From NCBI GenBank assembly GCA_035221665.1, contig CM069141.1, positions 48,112,001 to 48,176,000 on the forward strand: a stretch of 64,000 nt of DNA, in the 5' to 3' direction. Of this stretch, positions 38,647 through 51,067 are shown one piece after another (within the stretch, counting starts at the first letter, position 1; the number at the start of each line of letters is the position of its first letter). The DNA comes from Okamejei kenojei (Eukaryota). A model generated the notes under the pieces. It saw only the letters and a program-made list of their open reading frames with translations. It ran no database searches and was not told the origin of the DNA. The translations under genes were made by a program, and so were the position numbers.

Positions 38647-41082
38647 ATGGAATTTTATAAACGATATTGGCTATTGAAATGGCAACTTTTTTACTGTATT
38701 TTCCCTTCCTGGCAAATTATTTCTGGACAGATACGTTATACGATTCCTGAAGAATCGAATGCCGGAGCTTTTGTTGGAAATATCGCAGAGGACCTGGGTT
38801 TGGATATAAAAGATCTCTCGGCTCGCGGCTTTCAAATTGTGCCTGGACCTAGCAAGGAGTATATAGACGTAAATTTAGATACTGGTGTTTTGTTTGTGAA
38901 GGAAAAGATGGACAGAGAACAGTTGTGTGAGCAGAATCGTGTTTGCGCATTCTATATGGAGGCAGTGATTGAAAATCCTCTGAATGTATACCATTTCCAA
39001 GTGGACATTTTGGATGTAAATGACAATGCGCCGAGATTTCCCGAGACCCAGTTCAATTTGGATATATCGGAGCTGGCTGCTCCGGGTACGCGCTTCGCCC
39101 TGGAGCGCGCAGACGACCCGGACGTTGGCACCAATTCGGTACAAAGCTACCGGCTGGTAGACAACGGCTATTTCTCCCTCGACGTGGAAACGTTGGGCGG
39201 CGACGGAAAGATACCGGTTTTAGTCTTGGAAAGACCGCTGGACAGAGAAAAGGACAGCACGCACAGGTTGGTGTTGATAGCGAAAGACGGAGGGATTCCT
39301 GAGCGATCTGGAACTGCCGAAATACTGATCCGTGTAGAGGATGCCAACGACAACGCGCCTGTTTTCTCCCAGCCCATCTATAGGGTCAGTTTGCCAGAGA
39401 ATGCACCATTAGGTATATTGGTGATAAAATTAGATGCCTCAGATTTGGATGTTGGTCTGAATGGGCAGATAGTATATTCGTTCGGCAGTCATACTTCGAA
39501 TCGAGTTCGGGAACTTTTTGTGCTGGATTCGAATAGTGGCGAAATCAGAGTTAAGACCACTTTGGATTACGAGAAAAATAGTGTTTTTGAGATTAATGTT
39601 CAAGCGAAAGATAAGGGTACTAACGCCACCCCCGTGTACTGCCACGTGGTCGTCAATATCGTTGATGTGAATGACAACGCTCCTGTGATAACGCTGACAT
39701 CTTTATTCAGTCCTGTCGGGGAAGACGCTCTACCGGGGACTGTTGTGGCTTTGATCAGTTCCACAGACAAGGATTCGGCTGAAAACGGGCACGTGGATTG
39801 CGAAATCCCAAATGACCTTCCCTTTAAACTGGATTCGTCCTTAAATAACTATTATAGACTAGTTACCCGGGAAACGCTGGATCGTGAACGTGTGTCATCT
39901 TACAATGTAACTGTGGTGTGTGGCGACGCCGGGAATCCTCCGCTAACATCGAACAAAACGGTCCTGGTGGAAGTCTCCGATATAAACGACCATCCGCCTC
40001 AATTCACACAGCCTGTGTATACAGCTTACGTGATGGAGAATAATGTAATCGGTGCGTCAATATTCACGGTGACAGCTTTGGATCAAGATCTAAATAGGAA
40101 CGCCCATCTGTCCTACTTTATTTTGGAGACTCAGATACAGGGCATGTCAATATCCACATACGTCTCCATTAACTCTCACAGTGGGGTCATATTTTCGCAG
40201 AGGAGTTTCGACTACGAACACCTCAAAGGATTTCAGGTCCAGGTTCAGGCGCGGGACTCTGGGATCCCATCACTTTCTGGCACCGCCTCAGTGGATGTGA
40301 TGATATTGGACCAGAATGACAATGCTCCGGTGATCGTGCATCCGTTACCCGAATTCGGTTCCACCGTGTTAGAGACGATATCCCGGCACGCAGAACCAGG
40401 CTACCTGGTCGCCAAAGTTTCGGCTACAGACGGTGACACTGGCCAAAATTCTCGCCTTTCCTACCAGATCTGTCAAGCTACAGATGCCGGTCTCTTCACC
40501 ATTTCACCGGACACAGGAGAAATCTGGACAATACGCAATATTAGGAAGAATGACGCCGCCAAGCAAAGGTTGGTCATCTGTGTTAATGATGACGGATCAC
40601 CGCCTCTTACAGCCACTGTGGCAATCGTCTTGTCTTTAGTTGGAAATGATAGACAAATGCTCTCAGATGTGAATAATTTGTCTGAGGGTGCCGGCTTTGC
40701 TTCTGGCACCAGCTTTTATCTTGTAATAACTTTAGGGATCACATCATCCGTTTTTCTATTGATATTGATTATCCTCGCCATTAAGGTCCATAGAAACTCT
40801 TACCTTGGCGCATGTGGTTGTTTTACAGCAAGAAACCCATTGCACAGAGCCAACAGAAGCCTTCAGATACCACCAAACTATGTTGAGGTATTTGGAGGTG
40901 ATCCTCTTTCGCAGGGTTTCCGCTATGATTCATGCTCAAGTTCACATTCTGTAAAGAGGGATGTCAGGTTGTCCAACGGTGGATCTACGCGTAAGAATTA
41001 CGCTCCTGGTGGCATTTTGGGAAATGGCGATACATTGCAAACCCTCAATTCAGCACAGTACAGGAACACTCTAAATAACGAG
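38647..41082 (+). CDS. Clustered protocadherin variable exon V7 (intact, 812 codons to donor)
   Basis: ATG 38647 (MEFYKRYWLLKWQL), six EC repeats, TM, PPNYVEV; donor GAG|GTGAGG at 41082/41083. Confidence 0.96.
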
Positions 41083-41689
41083 GTGAGGTTGCTATTCGAT
41101 GGCGAAAAAAACACCTCATGGGTTTCAATTGGATGTACAAATGATTACTGAAAATGCGTAATCCCGGACATTGTATTTTGGGAATATCTAAGAATCAGTC
41201 ATATCAGTGTCCATTGTGATCTGAGTTTCCAATCGCTATTTCTGGACCTGCTCCTTTGTTAATCAGGCATTTGCCTTTTCGTGCGTTTATATTGACTTAA
41301 CATTTCGTTTCATTTGGTAGCTAGGAAAAATATTGCCATTGAGAACGTATGGATTAAGTAATTTCACACGACAGCCCTAAATATATATTATCAACTACAC
41401 TTTGGTGGTAGAAAACCACGAACTAATGATCACATTGGATAAAGGGTCTGGATGTTTAACGGAACTCAATTCCATGGTTCTGATATCATGAGTTTTAGCA
41501 TTTAATTGTTTTTTCCACGGAGACTTTGTGATATAATATGCTTTATTTTCCAAGGGAAATAACTCGTCAGCAGTCAACTTGTGTTATAAAATCATGGATT
41601 AAATGTGAATTAAGCATAAGAGTTTACTAAAATATGTGTAGCTGATTTGTTTTGAAATAGGCACAAAACCATATGCGACAAGCTTTGCA

Positions 41690-41910
41690 GATACAAAGAA
41701 CTGCAGATGCTAGTATACACAAAAGGACACAGAGTGCTGGAGTAACTCAGCGGGTCAGCAGCTTCTCTGAGGAACATGGATAGGTGACATTTTCCATCGG
41801 GACCCTTTAGAAGAAGGGACCCAAGCCGAAACGTCAGCTGTCCATGTTTTCCAGACAGGCTGCCTGGCCCGCCAGGCTGCCTAGGTTTCTCCAGCACTTT
41901 GTGTATTTTT
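41690..41910. mobile_element. Foldback Penelope pseudo-LTR derivative
   Basis: GAACTGCAGATGCT...GTGCTGGAGTAACTCAGCGGGTCAG...CCGAAACGTC...CTCCAGCACTTTGTGT. Confidence 0.75.
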
Positions 41911-42195
41911 GTACCAAGTAGTGAATCGTTCATAATCGCATAAAGGTGTTTCTTTAAAAAAATAAAAATTGAAGTATATGTAGAGATAGCATTGTCTGGT
42001 TTGTTTTGAGAGCACGAAAAACAAATCTTATCACTATATTTCGGTGACAATAATAAACCTATATTTAAAGCTGCTGACTTAGCAAATCCACCAAAAGTAA
42101 GCAGGGCAAAGGAAATCAAATCAATGCGGGAAATGGTGTAAGAAATGTACATTGTACATTGATAAAATATTACAGTGATAAACAGGGACATTCCA

Positions 42196-42345
42196 GCTTT
42201 AAGAAATGTCCTGGGTGGTGATTGGTTGAACGTCAGTTCACCAATCAGAAGCTGCAATGTATCTGGTGATCTTGACTGCCCCCTTCCCTCCCAGCCACCA
42301 TTACGTATGATCAGATACAATGTAAAACTCCGCATCGCGAGCTGC
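42196..42345 (+). promoter_or_regulatory. Conserved promoter module of V8
   Basis: GCTTTAAG 42196, ATTGG 42221, CCAATCAG 42241, GATC 42268 followed by GACTGCCCCC, CCACCAT 42295. Confidence 0.8.
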
Positions 42346-42552
42346 GTAGCGCTGGAACGGGTTCTGAATTCGAAAGCATTGGATATTTTAATTGAAATGA
42401 GAAGGTTCGAACACAATCTTAATAACCTTTGAAAAAAATACAGGTATTTTTGGGCAACATTGCCTCTTTTATCTTTAAAACTGGCATTCATTCCAGAGAA
42501 AAACGGTGAATGGCGTGTCGCGCTGAAGTAATTGCAATGCGTTGTAAAGGAG

Positions 42553-44997
42553 ATGGGATATTTTAAAATATGTTGGCCGTTGAAATGGTCACTTTTTTAC
42601 TATGTATTATCACCCTGGGTTCTGGTTTCGGGGCAGATTCGCTATTCAATGCCTGAAGAACTGCAAATGGGTGCCTTTGTTGGAAATATCGCCGACGATT
42701 TGGATTTAGACGTGAAAGAGCTGGCTGCCCGCAGTTTTCGGATTGTGTCTAGTCCCAGGAAGCAGTATCTGGATGTAAATTTGGACAATGGAATTCTTTA
42801 CGTGAAGGGGGAAATTGACAGGGAGCAGCTCTGCGGGTCGAACCCCGTGTGCACATTGTTCTTAGAGGCCGTGATTGAAAATCCGTTGACGGTGTATCAT
42901 TTTCAAGTCGAGATTCTGGATGTAAATGACAACGCCCCCCGTTTCCCCCATACCCAATTCCGCCTGGAAATCTCGGAGGTTGTGGCGCAAGGGGCGCGTT
43001 TTGCCCTCGAGTCGGCACAGGACCCAGATGTCGGAAGCAACTCCGTTCAGACGTACCAGTTGGGCGATAACGAGTATTTCATCATAGATATTCAGTCACG
43101 CCGTGGAGATGGCAAGTTGCCGGTATTAGTGTTACAAAGGCAACTGGACAGGGAGAAACAAACGAGTCACAAGTTAGTCCTGATTGCCAAGGACGGAGGC
43201 ATCCCACAAAAATCTGGGACGGCTCAGATAATTGTCATAGTGCAGGATGCGAACGACAATGCGCCGGTGTTCCAGCAATCGGAATACAGGACGAGGCTGC
43301 GGGAAAACACTCCCAGGGGAACCCTGGTAATCAAACTCAACGCTACTGATTTGGACGACGGTGCCAATGGAGAGATTGTGTACTCATTCAGCAGTTATGC
43401 CTCCAGCAGAGTCCGTGAAATGTTCAGCGTGGATTCTAGAACCGGGGAAATCAGGGTTAAGGGCAACTTGGACGCCGAGGAAAACCACGTTTTTGAGATC
43501 AACTTACAAGCTACGGATAGGGGATCTTATGCAACTCCTGTACACTGTGAAGTGTTGGTGGATGTTATTGACACCAATGACAACGCCCCCGAAGTGATAT
43601 TGACTTCTGTATTCAGTCCTGTCAGCGAGGACGCCTTGCCTGGCACAGTAGTCGCCCTCTTTAACGTGGATGACAAAGACTCGGGAGATAATGGACAGGT
43701 ACATTGCCAAATTTTAAGTGGTTCTACTTTCAAACTAGATTCCTCTTTGTCGAACTATTACAGATTACTGACCGAGCTGCGGCTGGATCGCGAAAATGTC
43801 TCAAAGTATGATGTTACAATTGTATGCACAGATAGAGGAGACCCACCACTCGCGTCCAAGAAATCGATCCGGGTGGAAATTTCCGACGTAAATGATAATG
43901 CCCCACGTTTTGCACACCCTTCATACACCGCCTACGTAACCGAGAACAACGCTATTGGGTCTTCTATCTTCTCAGTGACAGCTTTTGATCCCGATGTAAA
44001 CCAGAACTCTCAATTGACTTACTCGATCGTGGAAACATGGGATCAGGACTTGCCAGTATCCGCTTACGTGCTTATTAATTCGGAAACTGGCGTCGTATAT
44101 GCTCAGAAAACTTTTGACTACGAACAAATGAAAGGTTTCCAGCTCGATATACAAGCACAGGACTCTGGAACTCTACCGCTGAGCAGCAACGTTTCTGTGG
44201 ATGTCATTATCCTCGATCAAAATGACAATGCTCCAGTCATCACCCATCCACTGCCAGAGTACGGATCTACGGCTGTAGAGACTGTGTCGAGGTTCGCGGA
44301 ACCTGGTTACCTGGTCGCCAAGGTGTCCGCAACCGACGCAGACTCCGGCCAGAACGCTCGCCTCACTTATCAGATTTTAAAAGCTACAGACACTGGCCTT
44401 TTTACCATTTCGGCAGACACGGGGGATATATGGACAATCCGCGGCGTCCTGGACAAAGATCAGAGGAAGCAACGTTTGGTCGTTGCTGTAAAAGACAACG
44501 GAGAGCCGGCACTCTCAGCTATTTTAACGATCATGATCTCCCTGGAACAAAGTCAATCAGAACTGTTGTCCGAGGTAGACAGTTTATCGGATGAAGCAGT
44601 TTGGGCTCCGGTCACGAGCTTTTACTTGGTCATAGCCTTGGGATTAATTTCTGTCATCTTTCTAGCAATTTTGATTATCCTCGCTATTAAAGTTCACAAA
44701 AACAGACGTGGCTTTGATGATCGTAACTCCTGTTGTTTTGTGACAAGAGGTCGAAAGGCGAATAGGAGCCTTCAGATACCCCCAAACTACGTTGAAGTAT
44801 TTGGGGGTGACCCACTTTCTCAAAGTTACCGCTACGGTACCTGTTCAACTTCAAACTCTATCAAGCGAGACTCCATGTTCCGCCGCACTTGTAGCTCACC
44901 TACTGTCAGGAATAACGTCAATGCATACCCAGTCAGGAAGGAAGAGATACCACCAGTAACAAACCCTGCAATCTGTAGAGGCATTATCAATAGTGAG
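42553..44997 (+). CDS. Clustered protocadherin variable exon V8 (intact, 815 codons to donor)
   Basis: ATG 42553 (MGYFKICWPLKW), six EC repeats, TM, PPNYVEV; donor GAG|GTGAGA at 44997/44998. Confidence 0.96.
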
Positions 44998-45599
44998 GTG
45001 AGAAATCTGTCTAAACCTGGGGGGGGGGGACAACACTTTGATTCGGATACACGTCAAGATATCAACTGGTGGGAAAGAGAACATAAAGATTCGTATATAT
45101 TCCACCCCATCTCTAGACCAAGCTCAAAGTCTTCATTGCCGTTTCATCTATGGTTCACATTATATTTACTGCTGTAGTTATTTTACTGTATGGGGTCATT
45201 GTAAACACTATGTGCATTGTTTATAATGACATTCGCGATTATAGTAAAAATATCGACTTTTTATGGCAATATACGTGATAGATCACCTTTCGGTTTTCTA
45301 ACAGAAAAAAAGTCTGCATAAATGCAATCAGAAACTGTTGGAAAGTCTTAGCAATATAGACAGCATGTGTAGAAACAGAATTAATGTTTCAGATCTGACG
45401 AGTCTTTAAAAGTCAAGTCTGGGTTCTCTCTCATCAGAAGCTTCCTGACCTGCTGATTCCAATATTTTGTGTTTTATTTAAGATTTTCAACATCTGCAGA
45501 TGCATTAATTTTCAAAATATCTCCAGGATGAAACTTGACATATGGACTTTCATATGTGTTATTAAACGAGTTGACGTTATTATTCCACTTATGGGTAAA

Positions 45600-45875
45600 C
45601 AGTTTAGTTTATTGTCACTTGTACTGAGATACAGTGAAAAGCGTTTTAATTGTGTACTGGATAGTCACATTTACAATCAAGCCGCCCACAGTGTATAGAT
45701 ACATGATAGAGGGAATAACGTTTAATGCAAGTTAAAGTCCAGAAACGTCAAATTAAAGATAGTAAAATAGTCTCTAATGAGGTAGATGGTAGGTCAGGGC
45801 CGCATTCTAGTTGTTGATATGACGTTTCAGTCACCTGATAACAACTGGGAAGAAACTGCTCCTGAATCTGGAGAA
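45600..45875 (-). mobile_element. LINE 3' UTR fragment (same family as 22400-22725 and 31745-32100)
   Basis: TTTAGTTTATTGTCACTTGTACTGAGATACAGTGAAAAG...GGGAAGAAACTGCTCCTGAATCTGG. Confidence 0.55.
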
Positions 45876-45887
45876 AGTACGCAGATT

Positions 45888-46445
45888 ATAGAAACATAGA
45901 AACATTGAAAATAGGTGCAGGAATCGGCCATTCGGCCCCTCCAACCTGCACCGCCATTCAATATGATCATGGCTGATGATCTAACTCAGTATCCTGTAGC
46001 TGCCTTCTCTCCAGACCCCCTGATCCCTTTAGCCACAAGGGCCACATCTAACTCCATCTTAAATATGGCCAATGAACTGGCCTCAACTACCTTCTGTGGC
46101 AGAGAATTCCACAGATTCACCACTCTGTGTGAAAAATGATTTCCTCATCTCGGTCCTAAACGACTTCCCCCTTATCCTTAAACTGTGACCCCTTGTTCTG
46201 GACTTCCCCAACATCGGGGTCAATCTTCCTGCATCTAGCCTGTCCAACCCCTTAATAATGTTATGAATCTCTATAAGATCCCCCCTCAATCTTCTAATAT
46301 CCAGCGAGTACAAGCCGAGTCTATCCAGTCTTTCTTCATATGGAAGTCCTGATATCCCAGGAATCAGTCTGGTGAACCTTCTCTGTACTCCCTCTATGGC
46401 AAGAATGTCTTTCCTTAGATTAGGAGACCAAAACTGTACGCAATA
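45888..46445 (-). mobile_element. 5'-truncated CR1 LINE
   Basis: Minus ORF YSL..RRLRGDLIE...TRGHSLRI; 3' UTR similar to 22730-23250; TAGAAACA tail repeats. Confidence 0.85.
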
Positions 46446-46597
46446 TGCAGATTATTTTGACAGGTTATGTTTTATGCTTTAAAAAAATGTTTGTCAGAAG
46501 GAATGTGTTTAACATTTTGAAATGAACGGTGGAAAATATTTTTTAAGTGTGCAACCAGAAATGCTGCTTTTACGCAGACGTTTTCTGGGCCGTTCTT

Positions 46598-46740
46598 GCT
46601 TTAAGCAGTGCATCGGACGGCCATTGGTTGAATGCGAGCAGGGACGCGTTCACCAATCAGAAGCCCCAATTTTGCTGGAGATCTCTCCCTATCCACCATC
46701 ACGTAAGATCAGCCACAGTGTAAAATGGCCAGCGAGCTGC
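46598..46740 (+). promoter_or_regulatory. Promoter module of V9 (lacks the ACTGCCCCC box)
   Basis: GCTTTAAG 46598, ATTGG 46623, CCAATCAG 46653, GATC 46680, CCACCAT 46693. Confidence 0.78.
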
Positions 46741-46947
46741 GGAAAGCTGTATCTGGTTCCGAGCATGCATTTTTGGATGATTTTAGAAATAGGAACATCT
46801 GCATTAGTTAATGTGTGGATTGTCAAACTGCACAGGTATTTTTTTTACAAATTATAGCTGTAAAATTATGTAGAAAGACGTTTATTAAGACGGTTTCACG
46901 AACGGAGCAGGGCTGCGCTGAGGCATTTGAAATGTTTTTCGCTGGAA

Positions 46948-49423
46948 ATGGGACATTGTAGAATATATTGGTTGGGAAAATGGCATCTGCTGTACTATCT
47001 GTTCTCCTTCTGGCCTCTGGTTTCGGGACAAATTCGTTATTCCATTCCCGAAGAACTGCAGCTTGGTTCCTTTGTTGGTAATATCGCAGAGGATTTGGGT
47101 TTAGATGCGAGAGAGCTATCGGCTAGAAAATTTCGCATCGTGCCCGGGATCGGCAAAACATATTTGGACGTGAATTTAGACAATGGGATTTTGTTTGTGA
47201 AGGAACGTATCGACAGGGAGCAGCTTTGTGGATCGAGCCTTACTTGCCTTTTACCCATGGAAGCCGTGGTGCAAAATCCTTTAAATGTCTATCGGGTCGA
47301 AGTGGAGGTTTTAGACATAAATGACAATGCTCCCCGTTTTCCAAAGAATCAGTTCCATCTTGAAATCTCTGAATTTGCGTCGCCGGGTGCCCGCTTCCCC
47401 CTCGAGTGCGCGCACGATTCAGACGTGGGAAGCAACTCCCTACAAAGCTATCGCCTGGTTGGAAATCCGTACTTCGCGCTCGACATTGAGACCCGCAGTG
47501 GGGATGAGAAGCTGCCGGTGTTAACGCTGGAGAGGGCATTGGACAGAGAGAAAGAACCAACTCACAAGTTACAACTAATTGCAAAAGACGGTGGGATCCC
47601 TCCAAAATCAACCACTGCTGAAATACTAATCGCAGTACAGGATGTGAACGACAACTCTCCGGTGTTCTCGCAGTCGGTGTATAGGGTCAGCCTACATGAA
47701 AACGTGCCCAAAGGAACACTAGTAATAAAGCTTAATGCCACTGACTTGGACGATGGTTCTAATGGGGAGGTAGAATATTCCTTTACCAGCCACACCTCCG
47801 CCTCGGTACGTGAACTGTTTGATCTACATTCCAAAACGGGGGAAATCACAGTGAAGGGAAATTTGGACAATGAGTTAGACCGTGCCTTCGAAATCAACGT
47901 CCAGGCAACAGATAAGGGCTCTGCCCCACTACCTGTGTACTGCCGTGTTCACGTGGATATTACAGACGAGAACGACAACTCTCCCGAGGTGACGGTAACT
48001 TCTTTATTCAGCCCAGTTAGCGAAGACTCACCTCCGGGGACCGTGATAGCGCTTGATTAGCACTACAGATAAAGACTCTGGGAAAAACGGAGAGATTGAT
48101 TGTCAAATTTCAAACGGCCTTCCCTTTAAGCTGGAATCGCCCTTAACAAACTATTACAAACTGTTAACCGTGGGCCAATTGGATCGCGAAAGTATCCCCA
48201 AGTACGATGTCACTGTACTTTGCACTGATTCAGGATCGCCCCCACTTACTTCCAAGAAGCTCATGCAGGTAGAGATCTCGGATGTAAATGACAACGCGCC
48301 TCGTTTCAGCCAATCTTCATATACAGCTTATGTGATGGAGAACAACGCCATAGGAGCCTCGATCATAACAGTGACTGCTTCAGATCGTGATATGAACCAG
48401 AATGGCAAACTATCTTATTCCATTCCCGGAGACCAGATCCACGGTGTGTCGGTAGCCAGCTACGTGTACATTAACTCAGAGAATGGAATGGTATTTTCGC
48501 AAATAAGTTTTGATTATGAGGAGCTCAAAAGCTTCCAGTTCCAGGTTCAAGCACGGGATAGCGGAGTCCCGTCACTCACGGGCAATGTTTCCGTGGAGGT
48601 TGTTATTCTTGACCAGAACGACAATGCCCCGGTTATTGTCCACCCATTGCCTGAACGTGGATCAACAGTCATGGAGACCATGTCTCGCTCTGCAGAACCA
48701 GGTTATTTGGTTACCAAAGTGTCGGCCATGGATGCTGACTCGGGTCAGAATGCTCGCCTCTCCTACCAGATCGGCCAAGCCACTGATCCGGGACTGTTCA
48801 CCATTTCACCTGACACGGGCGAGGTGTGGATTATCCGTGGATTGGTACAGAAAGATGCGACCAAGCAAAAGCTAATCATTGTGGTGAAAGACAACGGAAC
48901 ACCGTCGCTATCAGCTTCCATGACCATCAGTTTATCGGTGATGGATGGGGATGCCCAGCTACTGTCTGATGTCTCTGGTTTTCTCGACGATGCTGCTTTC
49001 AAGTCCGCGTTGAGTTTCTACTTGGTGATATTTCTGGGGGCAATTTCATCAATTTTTCTGCTGATTTTAATCGTCCTCGCCGTGAAGGTCCATAAAAACA
49101 GGAGTGGCTTTGGTGTTTACAGTTGTTACGGGGACGTCTGCTGCTGTTATAGACCAAGACGTTCTTTCAATGGGATTCAGAAAGCCAGCAGAAACATTCA
49201 GATACCTCCAAACTATGTGGAGGTGTTCGGAGGCGACCCGCTTTCTCAAAGTTTTCGCTATGGAACTAATTCGACTTTAGGTTGCACTAAGAGAGACTCA
49301 CGGTTTCCCGACACGTGTAGTTCATCCGCAATGGCATATAAAGGAGGGGGTGGGCCTAATGAGAAATACGATTACCTGCACTCGCAAGCTCCTGCAAATG
49401 ATAGAAACACTGTAAATGCTGAG
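46948..49423 (+). CDS. Clustered protocadherin variable exon V9, one apparent +1 frameshift (pseudogene or assembly error)
   Basis: ORFs 46927-48060 and 48053-49468 join at ~48051 (ATAGCGCTTGATTAGC vs GTGGCTTTGATCAGT in V7). Donor GAG|GTGAGG at 49423/49424. Confidence 0.87.
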
Positions 49424-49794
49424 GTGAGGTGTTCCTTAAGAAGGGAAATAGCTACCTCACCAGTCTGATCTAGTTGCGATTATTTGCAATTGAACATATT
49501 GTTGACGCTTTCTGTTTGGTGATATGAAGTTAAGTGTGATAACTCAAAATCATAACCACAAAGTACTTTGTTTTTACTTTTGTGTCTTTAAGCAATCTAG
49601 CTATTCTGTTGTGATTCTATTTGAATGAGATAAGGGTAATTGGTGATAAAACGCGGTCGTTAGCGACGGAAGTGTCACCAAATTTTAAAGCACGCATAAT
49701 TTACTATGATTCAGGGAACAGTACAGGAAACAAGTTAAAGTAATCAAAATGAAATCTATTGCATATGTGCAATAATTTCATCAACCCACTTTTG

Positions 49795-50320
49795 TAGAAA
49801 CAAAGAATTGCAGATACAGGTAAATATAAAAACGCCAGAAAGTGCTGGAGTGACTCGGCAGGTCAGGTAGCATCAATTGAGTACATGCATAGCTGATGTT
49901 CCGGGTCCAGACCGTTCTTCGGACACTGTAGGAAGGAAATACAGATTGTAATTTGCACCGAAGATGGACACACAGTCCTGGAGTAACCAAGTGGGTCAGG
50001 CAGCATCTCTCGAGAAAGGGATTAGGTGACGTTTCTGGTCGAACCCCTTCTTCAGACTAAGACTCAGGGGAAAGGGAAATTAGAGGTATTAAAAGGTTCC
50101 GAACTAATCAGAGCTGGTACAGATGACCAAGGAAAGGTGGAGCCCACAATAGTCCTGGGTTCTTCAGACTGTTCTTTTTTCTGTATTTTCTAATGTGATT
50201 TTGAAAGAATATGCAGCGTATAAAATGTTGGAGTAAATCAGCGGATCAGGCAGATCCTGAGTTCCGCCTGTACTTTGTATTTTGCTCATGATTCCAGCAT
50301 CTGCAGGCCATTGTATCTCT
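49795..50320. mobile_element. Cluster of Penelope pseudo-LTR derivatives (tandem, mostly minus orientation)
   Basis: Repeated CTGGAGTAA...GGTCAGGCAGCATC...GACGTTTC...CTTCTTCAGAC units. Confidence 0.7.
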
Positions 50321-50700
50321 ACCCTGCGTATAAAGCTGTGCCGACTCTAAATCGAACCCTGTTAATGTTGTCGCAGCCGTATTTTATAATTATATTAGCT
50401 GTTGATCTTTTTTCTTGGCAATATCACAGTTCTGTGGTAAATAGAAGCATCAAAAACATCTTAAATAAGAAGTCACGTGAATGTAACACACTTGGCAGAA
50501 TATTGAAACAATTCAATGGGAAGAACTAGCTGAGCATCGTTTGTCATGGGAACGTGCACTTATTTTATAGGCAATGCATAAAATGTATGGGAACTATTGA
50601 AATCCTTTTAAGCGTGGCATTTAAATCTCCAAACCAACAGATTCAAATGTAGGCTGTGCAACTTTAAATATTGGGATTCCACCGTTGAATTGGTGCCTCT

Positions 50701-50870
50701 GCTTTAAGAGACGAAGTCTCTTGTGATTGGTTGTTGGCGAATGTAGCTGTATTTACCAATCAGAAGCTGAACTGTGAATCGAGATCCCGACAGCCCCTTT
50801 TGCCTGCCCTATCCCTTATCCGCCATCTCTTCTGACCGGATACAAAATGAATTTGGATTGGGAGCTGCCT
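50701..50870 (+). promoter_or_regulatory. Conserved promoter module of V10
   Basis: GCTTTAAG 50701, ATTGG 50726, CCAATCAG 50756, GATC 50783 followed by ACAGCCCC, CCGCCAT 50820. Confidence 0.8.
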
Positions 50871-51067
50871 AATATTGCGCCGGGATCGTGATTTTTTGGA
50901 AGATTTGACTGAAAAGGAAATATTTCAAAAATATATCAAAACTGCAGGTATTTTCTTATCAAGGAGCTGCTTATTTTGCATTTTAAAAGATGATAACCAC
51001 TTTATTCCAATGAATATCCGAGCAGCGCCGCGCCGTGCTGGAGCAACCGGAATGCTTTGTGCTTGAA

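Noticed and set aside
41610-42491. 293-aa minus-strand ORF across the V8 promoter
   Set aside because: It runs through a Penelope-derived repeat and AT-rich spacer, shows no recognisable domain, and has no equivalent long ORF in paralogous promoters.
44998-45177. 59-codon read-through of V8 as a distinct C-terminus
   Set aside because: It lies past a consensus donor, crosses a G homopolymer and has no paralog similarity; most likely chance intron read-through.
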